Origin: Tubiluchus corallicola
Lineage: Eukaryota; Animalia; Priapulida
Reading direction: 5' to 3'
Assembly: GCA_030141605.1 (NCBI GenBank)
Contig: JAQGDQ010000006.1
Coordinates: 1,240,001 to 1,304,000, forward strand
Length of the DNA: 64,000 bases
Both the position numbers and the translations under genes were made by a program. The notes beneath the pieces were generated by a model. It was given only the letters and a program-made list of their open reading frames with translations, had not been told where the DNA came from and searched no databases. Shown here one piece after another: positions 41,901 through 54,284 of the stretch. Every line of letters begins with the position of its first letter. The first letter of the stretch is position 1.

Positions 41901-42846
41901 AATAGTCATGAAGATGATTAAGCAAAAAATCGCATACCTTTGGTTTTGCAGACCAGTGTTCAGATAGTAGAAATAACGCAGCCCTTTTCGGAATGGACAA
42001 CTGTATTTTGGATAGTCCCATATTTCCGTTAATCTACAATGAAAAAGTTTGCACCGTGGTGAAAGTAAGTAAGCAGAAAACTAGAGCTCTGTAAACCCAA
42101 CAGAAGAACAGATATAAATCAAAAGCATATAATATTAATAAAAAAATGGACAAACAAAAACTTTATAATGCAAATAATAAAAAATGTGATTTATTTAGAT
42201 GCTAAATTTTCTTAAACAAGATTATTTGCTTAAAAACCTAAGTCTTGTACAGCCTTAAAAGCTGCTAAATTACATTAAAAGAACATTTGCTTAAAGGATT
42301 ACCTTGCATTTAGTCTTTCCCGATTTCTACAGTTTTGCAAAAACGGTAAAGTTATTTTGTTATGTGCTTCAACTATTGCTTTCGTTTCTTCTGAATCTGG
42401 ATCCTCTAGCCATCGGTAGGGATCGCATACCTGCAAGCGAAGTAGAATAGTTACTTACATTACATACTACTAATATATCTAAACTGCTGGTATAAAAAAC
42501 TGGACAATTTAAAGTGACAGGACCTATAGACAAGGAAACACAGATAAGACAAAATTAAATAAGATGAGAACGATCTATCTTCTGATATTAAGTCTTCGAC
42601 AAACTTACTTGAAAGTGATAATTATGAGAACAATGTTTTTGAATTTGGATTAAATAGCTTTGACTGTATTTTGCTAAGGTGAGTCTACACTTATTAGTCT
42701 TTTTTTCCACTAGGAAAAGCCATGTCCCTAATCCTGTTGTTTTGAGTTTTCTACTACATTGATACAGTAATATGTTATACCTTCATCCCATGATAATCAT
42801 CTACTACTGCATCATCACGCCTTGGGTTAGGATAATGAAACTTCAT
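23937..42846 (-). CDS. PREP: Prolyl endopeptidase (S9A), 708 aa, 20 coding exons
   Basis: Exons 42846-42781, 42430-42303, 42033-41938, 39990-39822, 39356-39255, 35853-35711, 35465-35350, 35065-35016, 33989-33894, 33714-33610, 33364-33260, 33005-32928, 30462-30349, 30203-30055, 28930-28814, 28177-28082, 27846-27745, 27415-27256, 24318-24250, 24002-23937. Total 2127 nt. Motifs DPYRWLED and YGYGGF, plus catalytic GGSNGG (Ser), ADHDDRVVP (Asp) and SGHGAGK (His). Confidence 0.96.
25923..26878 (+). mobile_element. pogo/Tigger-type (Tc1/mariner) non-autonomous element, copy A, in PREP intron 18
   Basis: TIR ~CAGTAGGCG(T/C)CACTTAATAGACTCAC with TA flanks; homologous to 31865-32680 in the opposite orientation. 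Confidence 0.85.
28317..28730. mobile_element. PIF/Harbinger-like MITE, degenerate
   Basis: Left end GGGGCCATCCATATATAGCGATATCAAG after TTA; inverted match CTTGATATTGTTATATG near the right end; CCTACCTACC subterminal motifs. Confidence 0.55.
30629..31106. mobile_element. hAT-type MITE, old
   Basis: TIRs TAGTGATGGGTGATT / AATCGCTCATCACTA; degenerate 8-bp TSD GTGGTGGG / ATGGTAAG; GATTAAT subterminal repeats. Confidence 0.6.
31865..32680 (-). mobile_element. pogo/Tigger-type non-autonomous element, copy B, in PREP intron 12
   Basis: TA-CAGTAGGTGCCGCTTAATAGACTCAC ... GTGGCGCCTACTG-TA; reverse complement of copy A with internal deletions. Confidence 0.85.
34540..34793. repeat. Tandem duplication, 2 x ~127 bp, in PREP intron 8
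   Basis: AAACTGCT(A/G)ATAATCATGATGTTAAATG...ATACCTTGAATCACT occurs twice with few differences. Confidence 0.9.
37380..38453 (+). mobile_element. 5'-truncated CR1-type LINE remnant, antisense within PREP intron 5
   Basis: Degenerate RT motifs [22 protein letters not shown] and FAADTK; C-terminal [27 protein letters not shown] and RTRGHSYKL; many stops; boundaries approximate. Confidence 0.85.
40119..40240. repeat. Dispersed ~120-bp repeat, copy 2
   Basis: Homologous to 9267-9390, same orientation. Confidence 0.7.
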
Positions 42847-42896
42847 ATTTGTCAGCCGTTATTACCAGTCACAGGCAATTTCTAGAACGAAGACCT

Positions 42897-42923
42897 ACAC
42901 ACACACACACATATATATATATA
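42897..42923. repeat. (AC)n(AT)n microsatellite adjoining the putative PREP 5'-UTR splice acceptor
   Basis: Minus strand reads (TA)n(TG)n-TAG|GTCTTC; predicted exon start at 42894. Confidence 0.8.
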
Positions 42924-43519
42924 TTAGTTGATAACCTAGTCAATGCATAAATGTATATTTATGTTGCTATACAATATTTTGGTAAAATCACTGCTGTTTG
43001 CAGCTACATAGTATTCGTGACTGTGAGGTGGTTAAGAAACTTCAGTTTCCACTGTATCCTTTAGAATTGTTAAAGTAAACATTCTGGTATGTTTTGCAAT
43101 TATGTTTAAATAAATATATGATGAAAATTCCAATTCTGAGTACCAATTCATTTGTGGTAGACTAAGCTGCAATTACAAAATAAACCTGTTAGCCTCCTAG
43201 GGATGTGATGAATTTGAAATTACCAAATCCGAACCTCAATATGAAATAGTTTTAGAAACTGAATTTCGATTTTTTAAGCATTTCTTTAAACCGAATCTTA
43301 TTTGAATGGCTTGTGGATGTTACCTATACTCAGTGTAAAAAATCTAGGTGACGAAAGACCATCAAATTATCATATTGACAAGTTCCATTTACATGATTAG
43401 CGGTAATACCACTTTTAGGTTTCTGAATTTTTATGTCACAAAGTCATTCATACATGATGATGATTTTATTTCAGAATATTGATATGAATAAAAACTAATC
43501 AGTGATATAATGAAAAGAT

Positions 43520-43952
43520 CTTGCAAACTTTATGTGCATTGCATTAAGAATGTTTTTTTCTTTTTGAGCTAAGTAGTTTTTGACAGCTCACCTTGATACA
43601 AGGTTTCAAGCCCGAGACTGAAATGAGCTGAACTAAGTGATAAAAAATTGTCTTGAAATTCTGTGTTATGCTGTCTTGCCTTGCTGCTGACTTGACATGC
43701 TGTCTTAGTGCACACAGAGCTTGTATTTGCAGTGAGGCTATTCTTTTAATCAGCGATATAACAAAAAAACATTGCAAAGTTTATATATGCATTAAGAGAG
43801 CTTTTTTTCAGCCAAGTAACAGTTTTTGACTGCTCACCTTGATACAAAAAGGTTTGAGGCCTGGAACTGAAATGAGCTGAACTAAATGATCAAAAAATTT
43901 TCTTGAAATTCTGTATGATCTACATGCTGTCTTAGTGCACATAGATCTTGTA
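43520..43952. repeat. Diverged tandem duplication (~250-bp period) upstream of the PREP coding exons
   Basis: AGTTTTTGAC.GCTCACCTTGATACAA, CTGAAATGAGCTGAACTAA and CATGCTGTCTTAGTGCACA each occur twice. Confidence 0.85.
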
Positions 43953-44147
43953 GTAGCAGTAACACTGTATAAAACTTGTAAATTGAAACTTCCACACTGA
44001 CAATTAGGAGCAGCCTTATAATGGTCAGTCAATGAGCAAGAAAGTGAAGCAGATTTAGACAACATGGGATAAATTTCCAGAAAATAATGACAGCATCAGT
44101 AACGCACACTTCACTAATTAAGCAAAAGCATAAACTACTGGCTAAAG

Positions 44148-44267
44148 TTTACAATTTACCACACAAGATATTAGTTTGTGAAGTGGTTTAGGGTTGCGGT
44201 TAGGATTAGGTTTAGGGTTGGATTAGAGTTAAGGTTAGGGTATTTCAATTGTGTGGGGAATTGTAAA
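44148..44267. repeat. Short inverted-repeat element enclosing a degenerate TTAGGG-like tract
   Basis: Arms TTTACAATTTACCACACAA and TTGTGTGGGGAATTGTAAA flank GGTTTAGGGTTGCGGTTAGGATTAGGTTTAGGG...GGTTAGGG. Confidence 0.7.
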
Positions 44268-44952
44268 GTCCTTCCAAATTACCTTATTTTGTTAATGAGA
44301 TTAATGATTGTGTTTTTGGTGATACACTGCCGTTGAGCCAGCTGGAGTACCTAAAAATATTTTAAACTACAAAAAATTTTCATTTTCAGTTACACAAGTC
44401 TTTCAAACAGGTAAGTGTGATGTCAAAGGACAAGAAAAGGGGTACCTGAAGTAGGTTTCAGAAAAATTGCCTTAAAGTTATCTTACTTTATAGCAATTTC
44501 ATGCATATATCATGCTTGCATTGAAATGAATTTTTGTTTGTCTTAATTTTAAATCTCCCGCAATACTGTTCCAAAGTCGTAATTACATGAAATGTAAATC
44601 AGGGGAAGAAAGAGCAATGTTAAATTATGTCCCAAAAACTTTCCATACAAATCTATATTACTTAGCTTTTCGCTTACTTGCTGGAAAGACTTGCGTAACT
44701 AGAAATGAGAATATTTAATTATTTAAAATGTTTTCACCAATTGGTAAACTGTCGCTGACTCACCCTCCAGGGTGCACCACTCACTAACCAAAAACGTACT
44801 TTTAATCTTATTGATAAGATATATCAATATAAAATTTCACTCAGTTGGTGACGTGTGCCTTACGAATGCATCCGGTTTGCAAAAAAAAGGAATTTATCAC
44901 ATAAATCACAAAAGACTTTACAGGCAACAAGAATGTTCTTTTAACTTGGGAG

Positions 44953-45295
44953 TAGGGCTGAGCATTCTCTACCAGAAAGCGAATTGGAATCCGAATCGAA
45001 TTGAGATTGAAAGATTTTCGAAAAGTTTTCGAACCACAAGTAAAAAGTTGTCTTACAAAGATCATGCATATTACTTGATTTTGTTCTGCAGTAAAACCAA
45101 GATTAGCTTACTAAAAATTTTGCACAGAAACTGCAGCTAAATTGTACTAATTGCATACTGCTCCAAATATTTTAATGATAAAGAACATATGTGGTTGAAA
45201 TGCTGAATTATTCGAATCTATAATTTTAGGTACAAATCAAAATCGAACTAAAAAACTCGTTCGAATCGAACTCGAACGGTCAATGCTCACCTCTT
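44953..45295. mobile_element. hAT-type MITE (related fragment at ~48841-49140)
   Basis: TIRs TAGGGCTGAGCATT / AATGCTCACCTCTT; near-perfect TSD CTTGGGAG / ATTGGGAG; TCGAA repeats. Confidence 0.7.
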
Positions 45296-45723
45296 ATTGG
45301 GAGGTTATTATTACTAGGCAAAGCTCAGAACAATTTGCTAAATTGTATTTGAATATCTGATTAGTATTTGATATGCTGTGAACGGAGAGTTGCATTAAAG
45401 ATCAACTTTTACATTGATCATTTTTTCATATCCTTTTATAGTATACGCCGAAACTTTTGCAACAACCACAGTACTGTATAGGTAATAGTATAGCCAATTT
45501 CTCCTTTCTAACGCTATTAACTTCATATAACTCTCCAATCCCATTCTTTTTTACTTTGTTGACACGTATCTTTTGAAGTAATTTCACACTAATTTGAAGT
45601 GGTTATTGATGAATGAGCCTTTGAATCGTTCAATGATGAGAACGAGTTGATTTTCATATGCAACTATTTACTACAAGCGGTTCAGAGTGACCAAATTAAG
45701 CTTAAATAACATTCCAAAAAAGT

Positions 45724-47070
45724 TCATCATCATCATCCAATGAATCATATGATCACGGACATGATTAAATTCACCTCCCTATGCCTGCTGCCTGCCAGGA
45801 CTCCAGTGCTGAAGTGTCTAAATCTTTCCGTGCAAAATCTAAACCATGTTAACATTTGACCTCCTGCAGATTTTGTGGCTGGTTTTACGGCTTGTTGAAG
45901 AGCTGTCTTCACTGGATTATCATCAGGTAGTTTAGGCATATGCCCAAACCATCTTAAATGGCATCTTTTTATTTTTCTTGTCCAAGGTTCTTAGAACTTT
46001 ATTTGAGATTTTCTTTGCCCATCTGACACCCAAAATGTTTCAGCTTGATGATTTGCTTTTAATGTCCAGAGCTCAGAGTTGTACAGAAATACAGCTTCAA
46101 CTAAGGCACAGAATATTCTAATTTTTGTTTCCAAAGAAGTCTTTCTATTCTCAAGAATTTTTGTGAGTTTTTGAATAAGATGATAATGCCATTATCTTCC
46201 GTCTTGACATGTCCTCTTCTGTTGCTAGCAGACTACCGATATGCTTGCATTTTTTCCATGATTCATCACCATGGCGTGTTATGTGAAACTCTATTTTTAT
46301 TTTTGTTTACTACGAGATCCATTCTTTTCAGCTTTTCTTTTATTGAGTTTTTCATTTCACCTAATTCTTGTTTGTTTCTTGTAATCCATGCCATCATCAG
46401 CATACCACATAGGTATAGCAATATGACATACTTTGTAGAGAGCTGTAACTTTGTGCTTGTCTTATTTCATTTAGTATTAATTCAGGATCAAGAATTGTGC
46501 AGTTGTGATCTTCTAGATCAGGGGTGTGCAAATTGCGGCCCACTTGCGGCCCGCGAAGAGATTTGTCAACCTAATGAAAGTGCGGCCCGGGCGATTAATT
46601 GAGGGTATCCAGCTGAAGTCCGTGCCACGATCCCAAAGATAGTGCGGGTAGTTTTTTCTACTAGATCGGATGCCATTAACCCTTACAAAACAGTTGTAGC
46701 TTAATAACACTGTACTACACAGACTAATATGCATTGTAATGAAATTACCACTATCTGTCCTGAAAGTAGAAATATATGGTTTGTAATATAAATTTTAATA
46801 ATTTCTAAAATAGTTTGTTGAGTGTAGTAATAATGATGTACGCAGATCTGATGCAAAAAAATCGTTGTTAGGCCTTTCTGTACTTGGCTCCTTGATCAAA
46901 CTGCCTGTGGCCCGCAGGAATTGCTGGAAAGTTTAATGTGGCCCGGCTAGTCAGATAATTTGCACACCCCTGTTCTAGATCTTTCAATTGTATAATTTTG
47001 TCCTTAGTGAGAGCTATGGCAAGATACAAAGTAAAAAGAATAGTCACCCTGAGGTCCAAAAAATTCAAAA
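45724..47070 (-). mobile_element. Old RTE-like LINE remnant interrupted by a hAT MITE
   Basis: Minus-strand fragments PQGD / ILFTLYL (~47030-47057), WYADD (~46393-46407), TKIRIFCALVEAVFLYNSELWT and LRWFGHM, followed by an (ATG)n tail near 45726-45737. Confidence 0.8.
46519..46972. mobile_element. hAT (Charlie-like) MITE
   Basis: Perfect 16-bp TIR CAGGGGTGTGCAAATT; perfect 8-bp TSD TTCTAGAT; G(C/T)GGCCC subterminal motifs. Confidence 0.92.
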
Positions 47071-50000
47071 CCGTTGATAAAGCGAAGCGACAACAGCGTG
47101 TTACAAGACAAGAGATCTTTAAAGCCTTCCCTTGAGTAAAAACTATTCAACCAATTAGATTCAATCTAATTTCTTTTATATATCTTTTCCGTTACAAACC
47201 AATCGTGTGAGAAATTTCAATCTAAAGGCAAATGACCTCAAGACAAAATAATACATATTGGAGATACTCATTGGAAGACATGCGAATATCTGTGTACTTT
47301 ACTAGGTACTGAAGCTGACATACCACTCAAAAAATATTATCCTTGGTTGCATAATTATTCTAAGCTCACAAAATTTAATATCTTTGAAAATCAAAATTTC
47401 GTCGCAGAAAATAAACTACATATTTTGCCTTGTGTAAACACTAGAAAAGTATTTTGTATACCTTGTTCAGAAATAGGCCGGATAAGCACCTGGCTTTGAG
47501 AAATCTAGTCTACAACTATGAGGCCTCAATCGAGGATTTGACGCCTGTCATGTAGTCAAGATTTGGCTAAAAGCTTTTGTTTTGCCATAGCATCCTAATG
47601 TATCCTAAGGTCACGTGTCGTCACTTGTAGAACCTGTATTCTTGTATAATTTTGAATTGTGGACAGTCAAAGTTGCCCAGAAGAATGAAATTGATGCCTT
47701 AATACCAAAGGCACTGGCATAGAAAGGTATGTTGGGTATAAAATGGCCAGAGAAAATCTCAAATCGAGATCTATAAAAAACAAACTAGAATGAGGAATAA
47801 AGTGAGGTTCATACAGAAGCATCCTGTGGTTCCTGTGATTTCACTAGATCCATTTCGTTGATAGATGAGCAAACTCTTCTTAGTTTGCCATATAAAATTT
47901 CACTGTATTTTGGCTTCGTATTTTCCTATTTCTTTCTGTATTGACGACTTCACTTTTAATTCATCTCTTCACAAATTTGTTTGCACTTCGTCACCCATAT
48001 TTCGCCACACTTTGAAGTTTATGCATATCATTGCTAAATATATAACCTGCCGACACTTTAAGCTCATTGGATACTCCTCACTTGTTTTCCTCACATTCAA
48101 ATAAGTGTTCATTTTGTCATTTTTTTTCTTTTACACATTGGACATAATTATATTATCCTTGTAGTTATTCCTTTAACTACATCTGACTTCTATCATGTTC
48201 AATCTGATATACAGTAGATCTGTTAGTTGTTATTTTCTGGTTACCCTGTTGATTATAAGTTTTACATTTCCATTTTGTATTGCACAAAAATCTTAGTTTT
48301 GTACCATCTGTTACCTTAATCTGACATTTTGAGTATTTCATCATACCATATTTAACACTTTTCTTCCGTTCAAATTTTTTCTGAGATGTTATACATTTTC
48401 TATTGACACATCTATTTGGTATTTTCTGGCTGTCAGCTGTAAATCACTAACATTGTCGTTAACATCGTCTTATAAATCTTTAAGTGTCGACTTAGCTGAA
48501 TTGGACATTGTTAGATTACCACAGAATTCTCCATTTACTGCAGCATTATATCCAGCACGAATACCCAGGAAAAACGAAGAGGGTATAGCTGGTCATGTAT
48601 TTGAACGATCTGAAAAAAGACTTAATTATTAAGTATTCCATTTGACATAAACAGCATAGATACTTGGCATACGTAACAAGAGATCGAGGAATATATGGCA
48701 TCAGACTATAAGAAGAGCTATGTTGTATGTATAACAGAAGCACCTAAAATGATATTAACAAAAGTAGAGTAAACCGAGTACACTATAGTTTGACATAGAG
48801 TTCATAGAGACGGGGAAACAAACAAACCAAATATAGTAGTTAAGAGGGTGAAATTCTCTCCCTGAAGTGAGCGAATTGGGTATTTTGTCGAAATTCGAAT
48901 CTAATCGAAATTGTGACTGACGAACTAGAATCAGATCTAACTTGAACTCAATTTTAAAGATTTTCAAACAACTTTTCGAATCACTAATAAAAGCAGTCTC
49001 ACGAAGTTTGTGCATACAACTTCAATTTATTCTGCAGAAAAACTCTAATAATTTGTTTAAAAATTGTGTTGAGACGTAATCGCCGCTAAATTGTTCTAAT
49101 TGTTGTTTCAGCTGTTTTAATGATAAACAATCATAGTTTAATTTATTCTGAAACTATGTGTTTTACATTGGCAGGCTGTAATTACCTTTGATGATTTGGG
49201 TGAAGCTGTAATAGCTCATGATTACTACTTAATAATAGTTTACCATTGACATTGCCTGTTGTTAATACTACGCCATGTACCAAATGAACCCAGTTATGCT
49301 CACATTTGAATATTATTGCTATGACTAATGATGCGTTTTTGTTATTCATCATATTATCTATTAATTTTTGGTGGTGCAAAAACACCTGGTATTAATTTCC
49401 ATTAAAATAGCTTATCTAAAAATATCAATGTAGTTATATTGGTATCATTTTTAAGAGGTTACCACGATTTGTCACATGGCTTTTTGAAAGGGATTAAGCA
49501 GTTTGCTGCATGAAACCATTTTTAACAGTATCAAAAACATAGTTAATAGTTAGATTTATACCTTATGGATTTAACGATGGATTCTCTCCCATCATTGTAT
49601 TGAGAAAAGTTTTGTTTTCTTCATCTGTGATCATACTATGTGGAATGTTTAATTGTGCTACATCTCCATATACACCTCACAATGTATCATAGTGCTCTGT
49701 ACTGCTTCACCATGCACCTTGGTGCCTTGTACTAACTAAGGTGTGTCAGACTTTGCCACATATCGCAACACCATATACCACTTTGCTGTGCACAGTGGTT
49801 TCACAGTACTAGGTACAGGGTTGAGGCAGTATGCGGCGTCACACTTTGTACAGCTGTGTTCTGACCTGAAGTGCCACTATAGGCTATCATTGTTCACAAA
49901 CAAATTATTTATTGCTTGTTAAAGTGATTACTTGTGTTTTTCAAAGTTTTTACGTAACCTTATTCTGCATTATAATTTATGCTATTCGGTATATGAAAAG

Positions 50001-50121
50001 TGTGCATGTTTAAAGCCGAAATTAGATTCACAATTCACAAATTATTTTTCTAATGTTACATTTAATATCAAATTTTTGTGCTGACGCGCGAAGTGTTTAA
50101 GTCTGTTATTATAAATAATCA

Positions 50122-50423
50122 CAGGTAGTCGTCGATCTAGCTATGAGGCTATGACTACAATCGGTTACGGTGGATTGGTCATACGATGAGTTGGAGTTGC
50201 TGAACTGGACCTTGAGACTGTTGGAGTCGGACTCGTATGTCAAGTAGTGCACCACTGCACGTAAGATGTTGTGCATGTAGGTACACTAAGTATGGTGGCA
50301 TCTACAAGTGAATTTATCGACATGAGTTATTACTAATTTTGTATAATTAACTAACTAGGTTGTGGTTGGGTCACAATATGGAACAGTTGTAAATTGCGTA
50401 GGTCGTAAGTCGACGATTACCTG
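50122..50423. mobile_element. Tigger/mariner-type MITE
   Basis: TIRs CAGGTAGTCGTCGA / TCGACGATTACCTG followed by TA; left flank reads CA. Confidence 0.65.
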
Positions 50424-52760
50424 TAACTTATCTAACTTAATGGTAAAATATTTACTTACTTGGATGTATTTTATTCTTTAGCCGTTAGAACATTAATGTT
50501 GAGTAACTCTCAAGACAAGTACAACTAACATGTAGTTTAGTGATACGATGGACTATTGTGTGGTTTTCAGTACCACTTTGATATGAGTGCAAATCTAGGA
50601 AAACTGTGTAAACCCTTGGATATTTCAGGCATGCCATAAAACCAATAAGCATGCAAATGATATAGAGCTGAGTGCCTACTTGTCTGTCCTTTACTTGCAT
50701 GCCAAAATGTGTAGCTTCCATGTTACAACATTTGTAGTTGTAGCTTCCACGCAAATATCCATTGTACTTCCTTTGTGCATCCTCACTTGTTTCTAAGCTT
50801 GGAAACCAATTATTTTACAATGTCAACTATATTACTCAGAAGACGAAAACTATCAGACTGACAGGTTAAATGTTATTTTAATTAACATTAACATAATCAG
50901 ATTAAAATGACACATTCCACTGTGTACTTGACAGACCGACTGCTGACTGTGAGGTGGTTCGGTGACTGTTGTTTTTAGATTATGGCATCCAAGCGCCATC
51001 TGTATTAAACAATGTTAGCTAATAGAACACCAATGACTCGTCACTTTGTACTATCACAGGTTGTCCACACCATCTTGAAGGGAATGCAAAATAAACAGTT
51101 GAGCAGATGTCCTATAAGTACCGATATCAGTGTGCCACATTACCTTTGGGGTAATCTGAATAAGCGAAACAGCTGCATAATGCCCACTCCCAATAACTCT
51201 CCAAACAAATTCATGAGAATGTACTGTTATTCTGAAGTCACAAATTCAATCTTAATAAGTCTGTTGTAAAGCAACAAAGCGACAGCTGACCATCTTCAGC
51301 ATAAGAAAATATCGTTGCAAATTATATTTCAAAACACACTTGATAACATGTTAATTAACTATTGTGTTTTTTGTCTTCTCTAAAATAATGAACTGTGAAA
51401 ATTTCTCTTAAAAATTGGACCAAATCATTCATGATTGATGCATGGTCACATTGGTTATTTTTTGCACTCCATTCAGTTTATATTGACTGCAGATTTGCCA
51501 TTTTCAGGTGAGATGGAGATGGTCTAATTTATAAATTTACTAAAACAAATTTTTAACTTTTTTCCTTGTATGTGAAAATATGAGGCATTAGGTGACCAGT
51601 TGGCAGCAGCAACATACGTTGGTGCCAAAATTAGTCAAATAGTTATGTGACAGGCAACTTTTAACTCATACTATACCTATCTATTCTTTATTCTCTTAAT
51701 CGCGGATTGGTTCTTTCAAAATAGAAGCTTTGGTTTTAGAAAAGCTTCCTTCACAATACAAGAGTCTGAATGAAGGTTTTGCTAAGTTTCCTTTAAAGTT
51801 TTTGAATTTGAATTTTTGATTTAAACTATTGGATTTGTAAAGGAACTTTTACGTTAGTTTGTAACCAAAACCAAATCAAATCATCCCTGAAACTGAGATA
51901 GGACACCGATGGTAACCATTCTAGCTTTTTTTATGGTTAAGATCAGTGTGTCCAACTCATGTTGCCTTTTGATGTTCTAAGTACTTAGTACTGGTATTAG
52001 TACTTAAATTAAAACAAATCTGAAGTATTGTTTGTTTAATTAAACTTCATTAAAATTGTATGCAACTTGTTGTGGCAGTTTGCAGTTGGTTGTGTAACTT
52101 TACGGTTATACATAATAGGATTGCAGCCTTTATGTAAAATAAATATTAATTAATCTAATTTATTGTCTATCATTGTAAAGTAGCTAATGAGGTGTGGCGG
52201 TAAACTGCAGTTTACAAGCATGAAATTATTGTGACAGTGACAGCAGCTTTTTCTGTTTAGGAGTGGCGTGCAGTTCATATATGCAAGGTCCAAATTTTCC
52301 AAAAAAAATTCCGAGCTTTATTTTCCAAACAATAATTATGATGTATAAAGCTGTTTCTAATAATTCAACTGCTGGGGCAAATATCTGCTAACATTTTATG
52401 CTCATATATTGTATTACAAGAGCGGCAGGCCATACATTTCGTGAAATCATCAAATTATTGCTAAACAGTGCAGCTGTACATGTTACTGGTTAAATAATAT
52501 GAGGAATGAAAGTGTAATTTGTTGTATTTAAATAGATCTATAATAACAAAATTAATCCTATTCAATTACACTTTTATGAATGATATGTAATTTGTATATA
52601 TACTTTAACTATCGTAGAAATTTTAAGAAATGTGTACTACTGCCACTTCATATATATTGTCTAAAGATTTTGAAGTGCAGAAAATATCCATTTTGCATCA
52701 TAACAGTTACAACTTCTTGCACTTTCAATTTTTGCAGAGTGAAAGACTTCAACGTTAACT

Positions 52761-54284
52761 ATGTTTACAGTGAAACGACTTGCACACTTTGGAAAGTATT
52801 TGACTGGAGCATCTGTTTTCAGTTATGGTTTATACATTGGACATAAACATGATTGGGATTTTCGTAATGTAGGTTTAATACGATTTGGTCGAACTGTTTT
52901 TGCTGCTGGTGTTATAGTAGCAGATTATAAAATTACATTGTACGGCTTGGATCCCAGTTCTTCGCAATATGCACAAAAGCAGTCACTTGTGCATCGGAGA
53001 TCGGCTGAAAGACTCAGAGCTGTTGCTTGTGTAAACGGAGGTGTGTTTATAAAGGTTGGCCAACACTTGGGAGCACTTGAATATCTTTTACCACCAGAAT
53101 ACTTTCAGACATTTCAAGTTCTTCACAATGAAGCACCTCAGTCATCTTTGCCTGATGTTAAAAGAGTTATAAGAGAGGACTTGGGTAAAAGCTGTGAAGA
53201 AATATTTTCGGATTTTGATTCAGAACCTATTGGCACTGCTTCGCTTGCCCAGGTTCATAAAGCCTTACTTCTTGATGGTAGTATAGTAGCTGTAAAGGTT
53301 CAACATCCAATGGTTAAAGCTCATTCATTTATTGATATGAAAACTATGGAATACTTAGTTGAAATTGTTGCTCGCATTTTTCCAGAATTTAAATTTAAAT
53401 GGTTAGTTGAGGAAACAAAAAGGAACTTGCCAAAAGAGCTTGATTTTTACAATGAGGGTTTAAATGCGGAGAGAATAAGGCGACTCTTGGCGAAGTTTGA
53501 GTTTTTAAAAGTACCTAAAATATTCTGGGATCAAACATCGCCAAGAGTGCTCACCATGGAGTTCTGTGATGGTGGAAAAGTAACTGATAAACACTATATT
53601 AAAATGTACAAAATTAGTGTAGACGAACTTTCAGAAAATCTAGGGAAACTGTACAGTGAGATGATATTTGTAAAGGGGTATGTGCATAGTGATCCCCATC
53701 CTGGAAACATATTAGTGAAGAAAACTCGTACAGGTATGCAACTTGTTTTGCTAGACCATGGACTTTACGCAACGCTCTCAGACGAGTTCAGAATAAACTA
53801 TTCAAAATTGTGGTTAGCATTGATCAATTCAGATTTGGAAGGGATAAAAGCTTTCTCTAGGAGCATTGGAAGTGGTGATTTGTACCCCTTATTTGCCTGT
53901 ATGGTGACTGGACGCACTTGGGAAACAGTAGAATCGGGAATTGACAAAAAGACAATAAATACTGCCGAAACCACAGAAATTAAACAGATGGCTTCTCAGT
54001 ACTTGGTACAAATAATTGATGTTTTGAATCGAGTTTCTAGAGAAATGATACTTATATTTAAAACAAACGATTTGTTGCGAGGTATAGAGTTCTGTCATGG
54101 AACGTATGCTAATGCAAAGACATTCATCACTATGTCACGCTGTTGTGTTCGTGCTGTGTATTTTGAAGAACTGAGGCAGTGTGGTAACTGGAGATGCAAA
54201 GTACTAGTGACGTTCAGAAAGTATCTAACTTTGCTTAAAATCAATGTGTATGGGTTATACTTGCGTTTTCGCAGTTATGTCTAA
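52761..54284 (+). CDS. ADCK1: aarF domain-containing (UbiB/ABC1) kinase 1, 507 aa, intronless CDS
   Basis: Intact ORF with the UbiB motifs FIKVGQH (KxGQ), ASLAQVH, AVKVQHP, HSDPHPGN and LLDHGLY; splice acceptor TTTTTGCAG ends at 52737. Confidence 0.92.
   Translation: MFTVKRLAHFGKYLTGASVFSYGLYIGHKHDWDFRNVGLIRFGRTVFAAGVIVADYKITLYGLDPSSSQYAQKQSLVHRRSAERLRAVACVNGGVFIKVGQHLGALEYLLPPEYFQTFQVLHNEAPQSSLPDVKRVIREDLGKSCEEIFSDFDSEPIGTASLAQVHKALLLDGSIVAVKVQHPMVKAHSFIDMKTMEYLVEIVARIFPEFKFKWLVEETKRNLPKELDFYNEGLNAERIRRLLAKFEFLKVPKIFWDQTSPRVLTMEFCDGGKVTDKHYIKMYKISVDELSENLGKLYSEMIFVKGYVHSDPHPGNILVKKTRTGMQLVLLDHGLYATLSDEFRINYSKLWLALINSDLEGIKAFSRSIGSGDLYPLFACMVTGRTWETVESGIDKKTINTAETTEIKQMASQYLVQIIDVLNRVSREMILIFKTNDLLRGIEFCHGTYANAKTFITMSRCCVRAVYFEELRQCGNWRCKVLVTFRKYLTLLKINVYGLYLRFRSYV

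Noticed and set aside
47300-48540. Possible further LINE sequence upstream of the minus-strand RTE remnant
   Set aside because: The strand bias is suggestive, but no motif could be read with confidence
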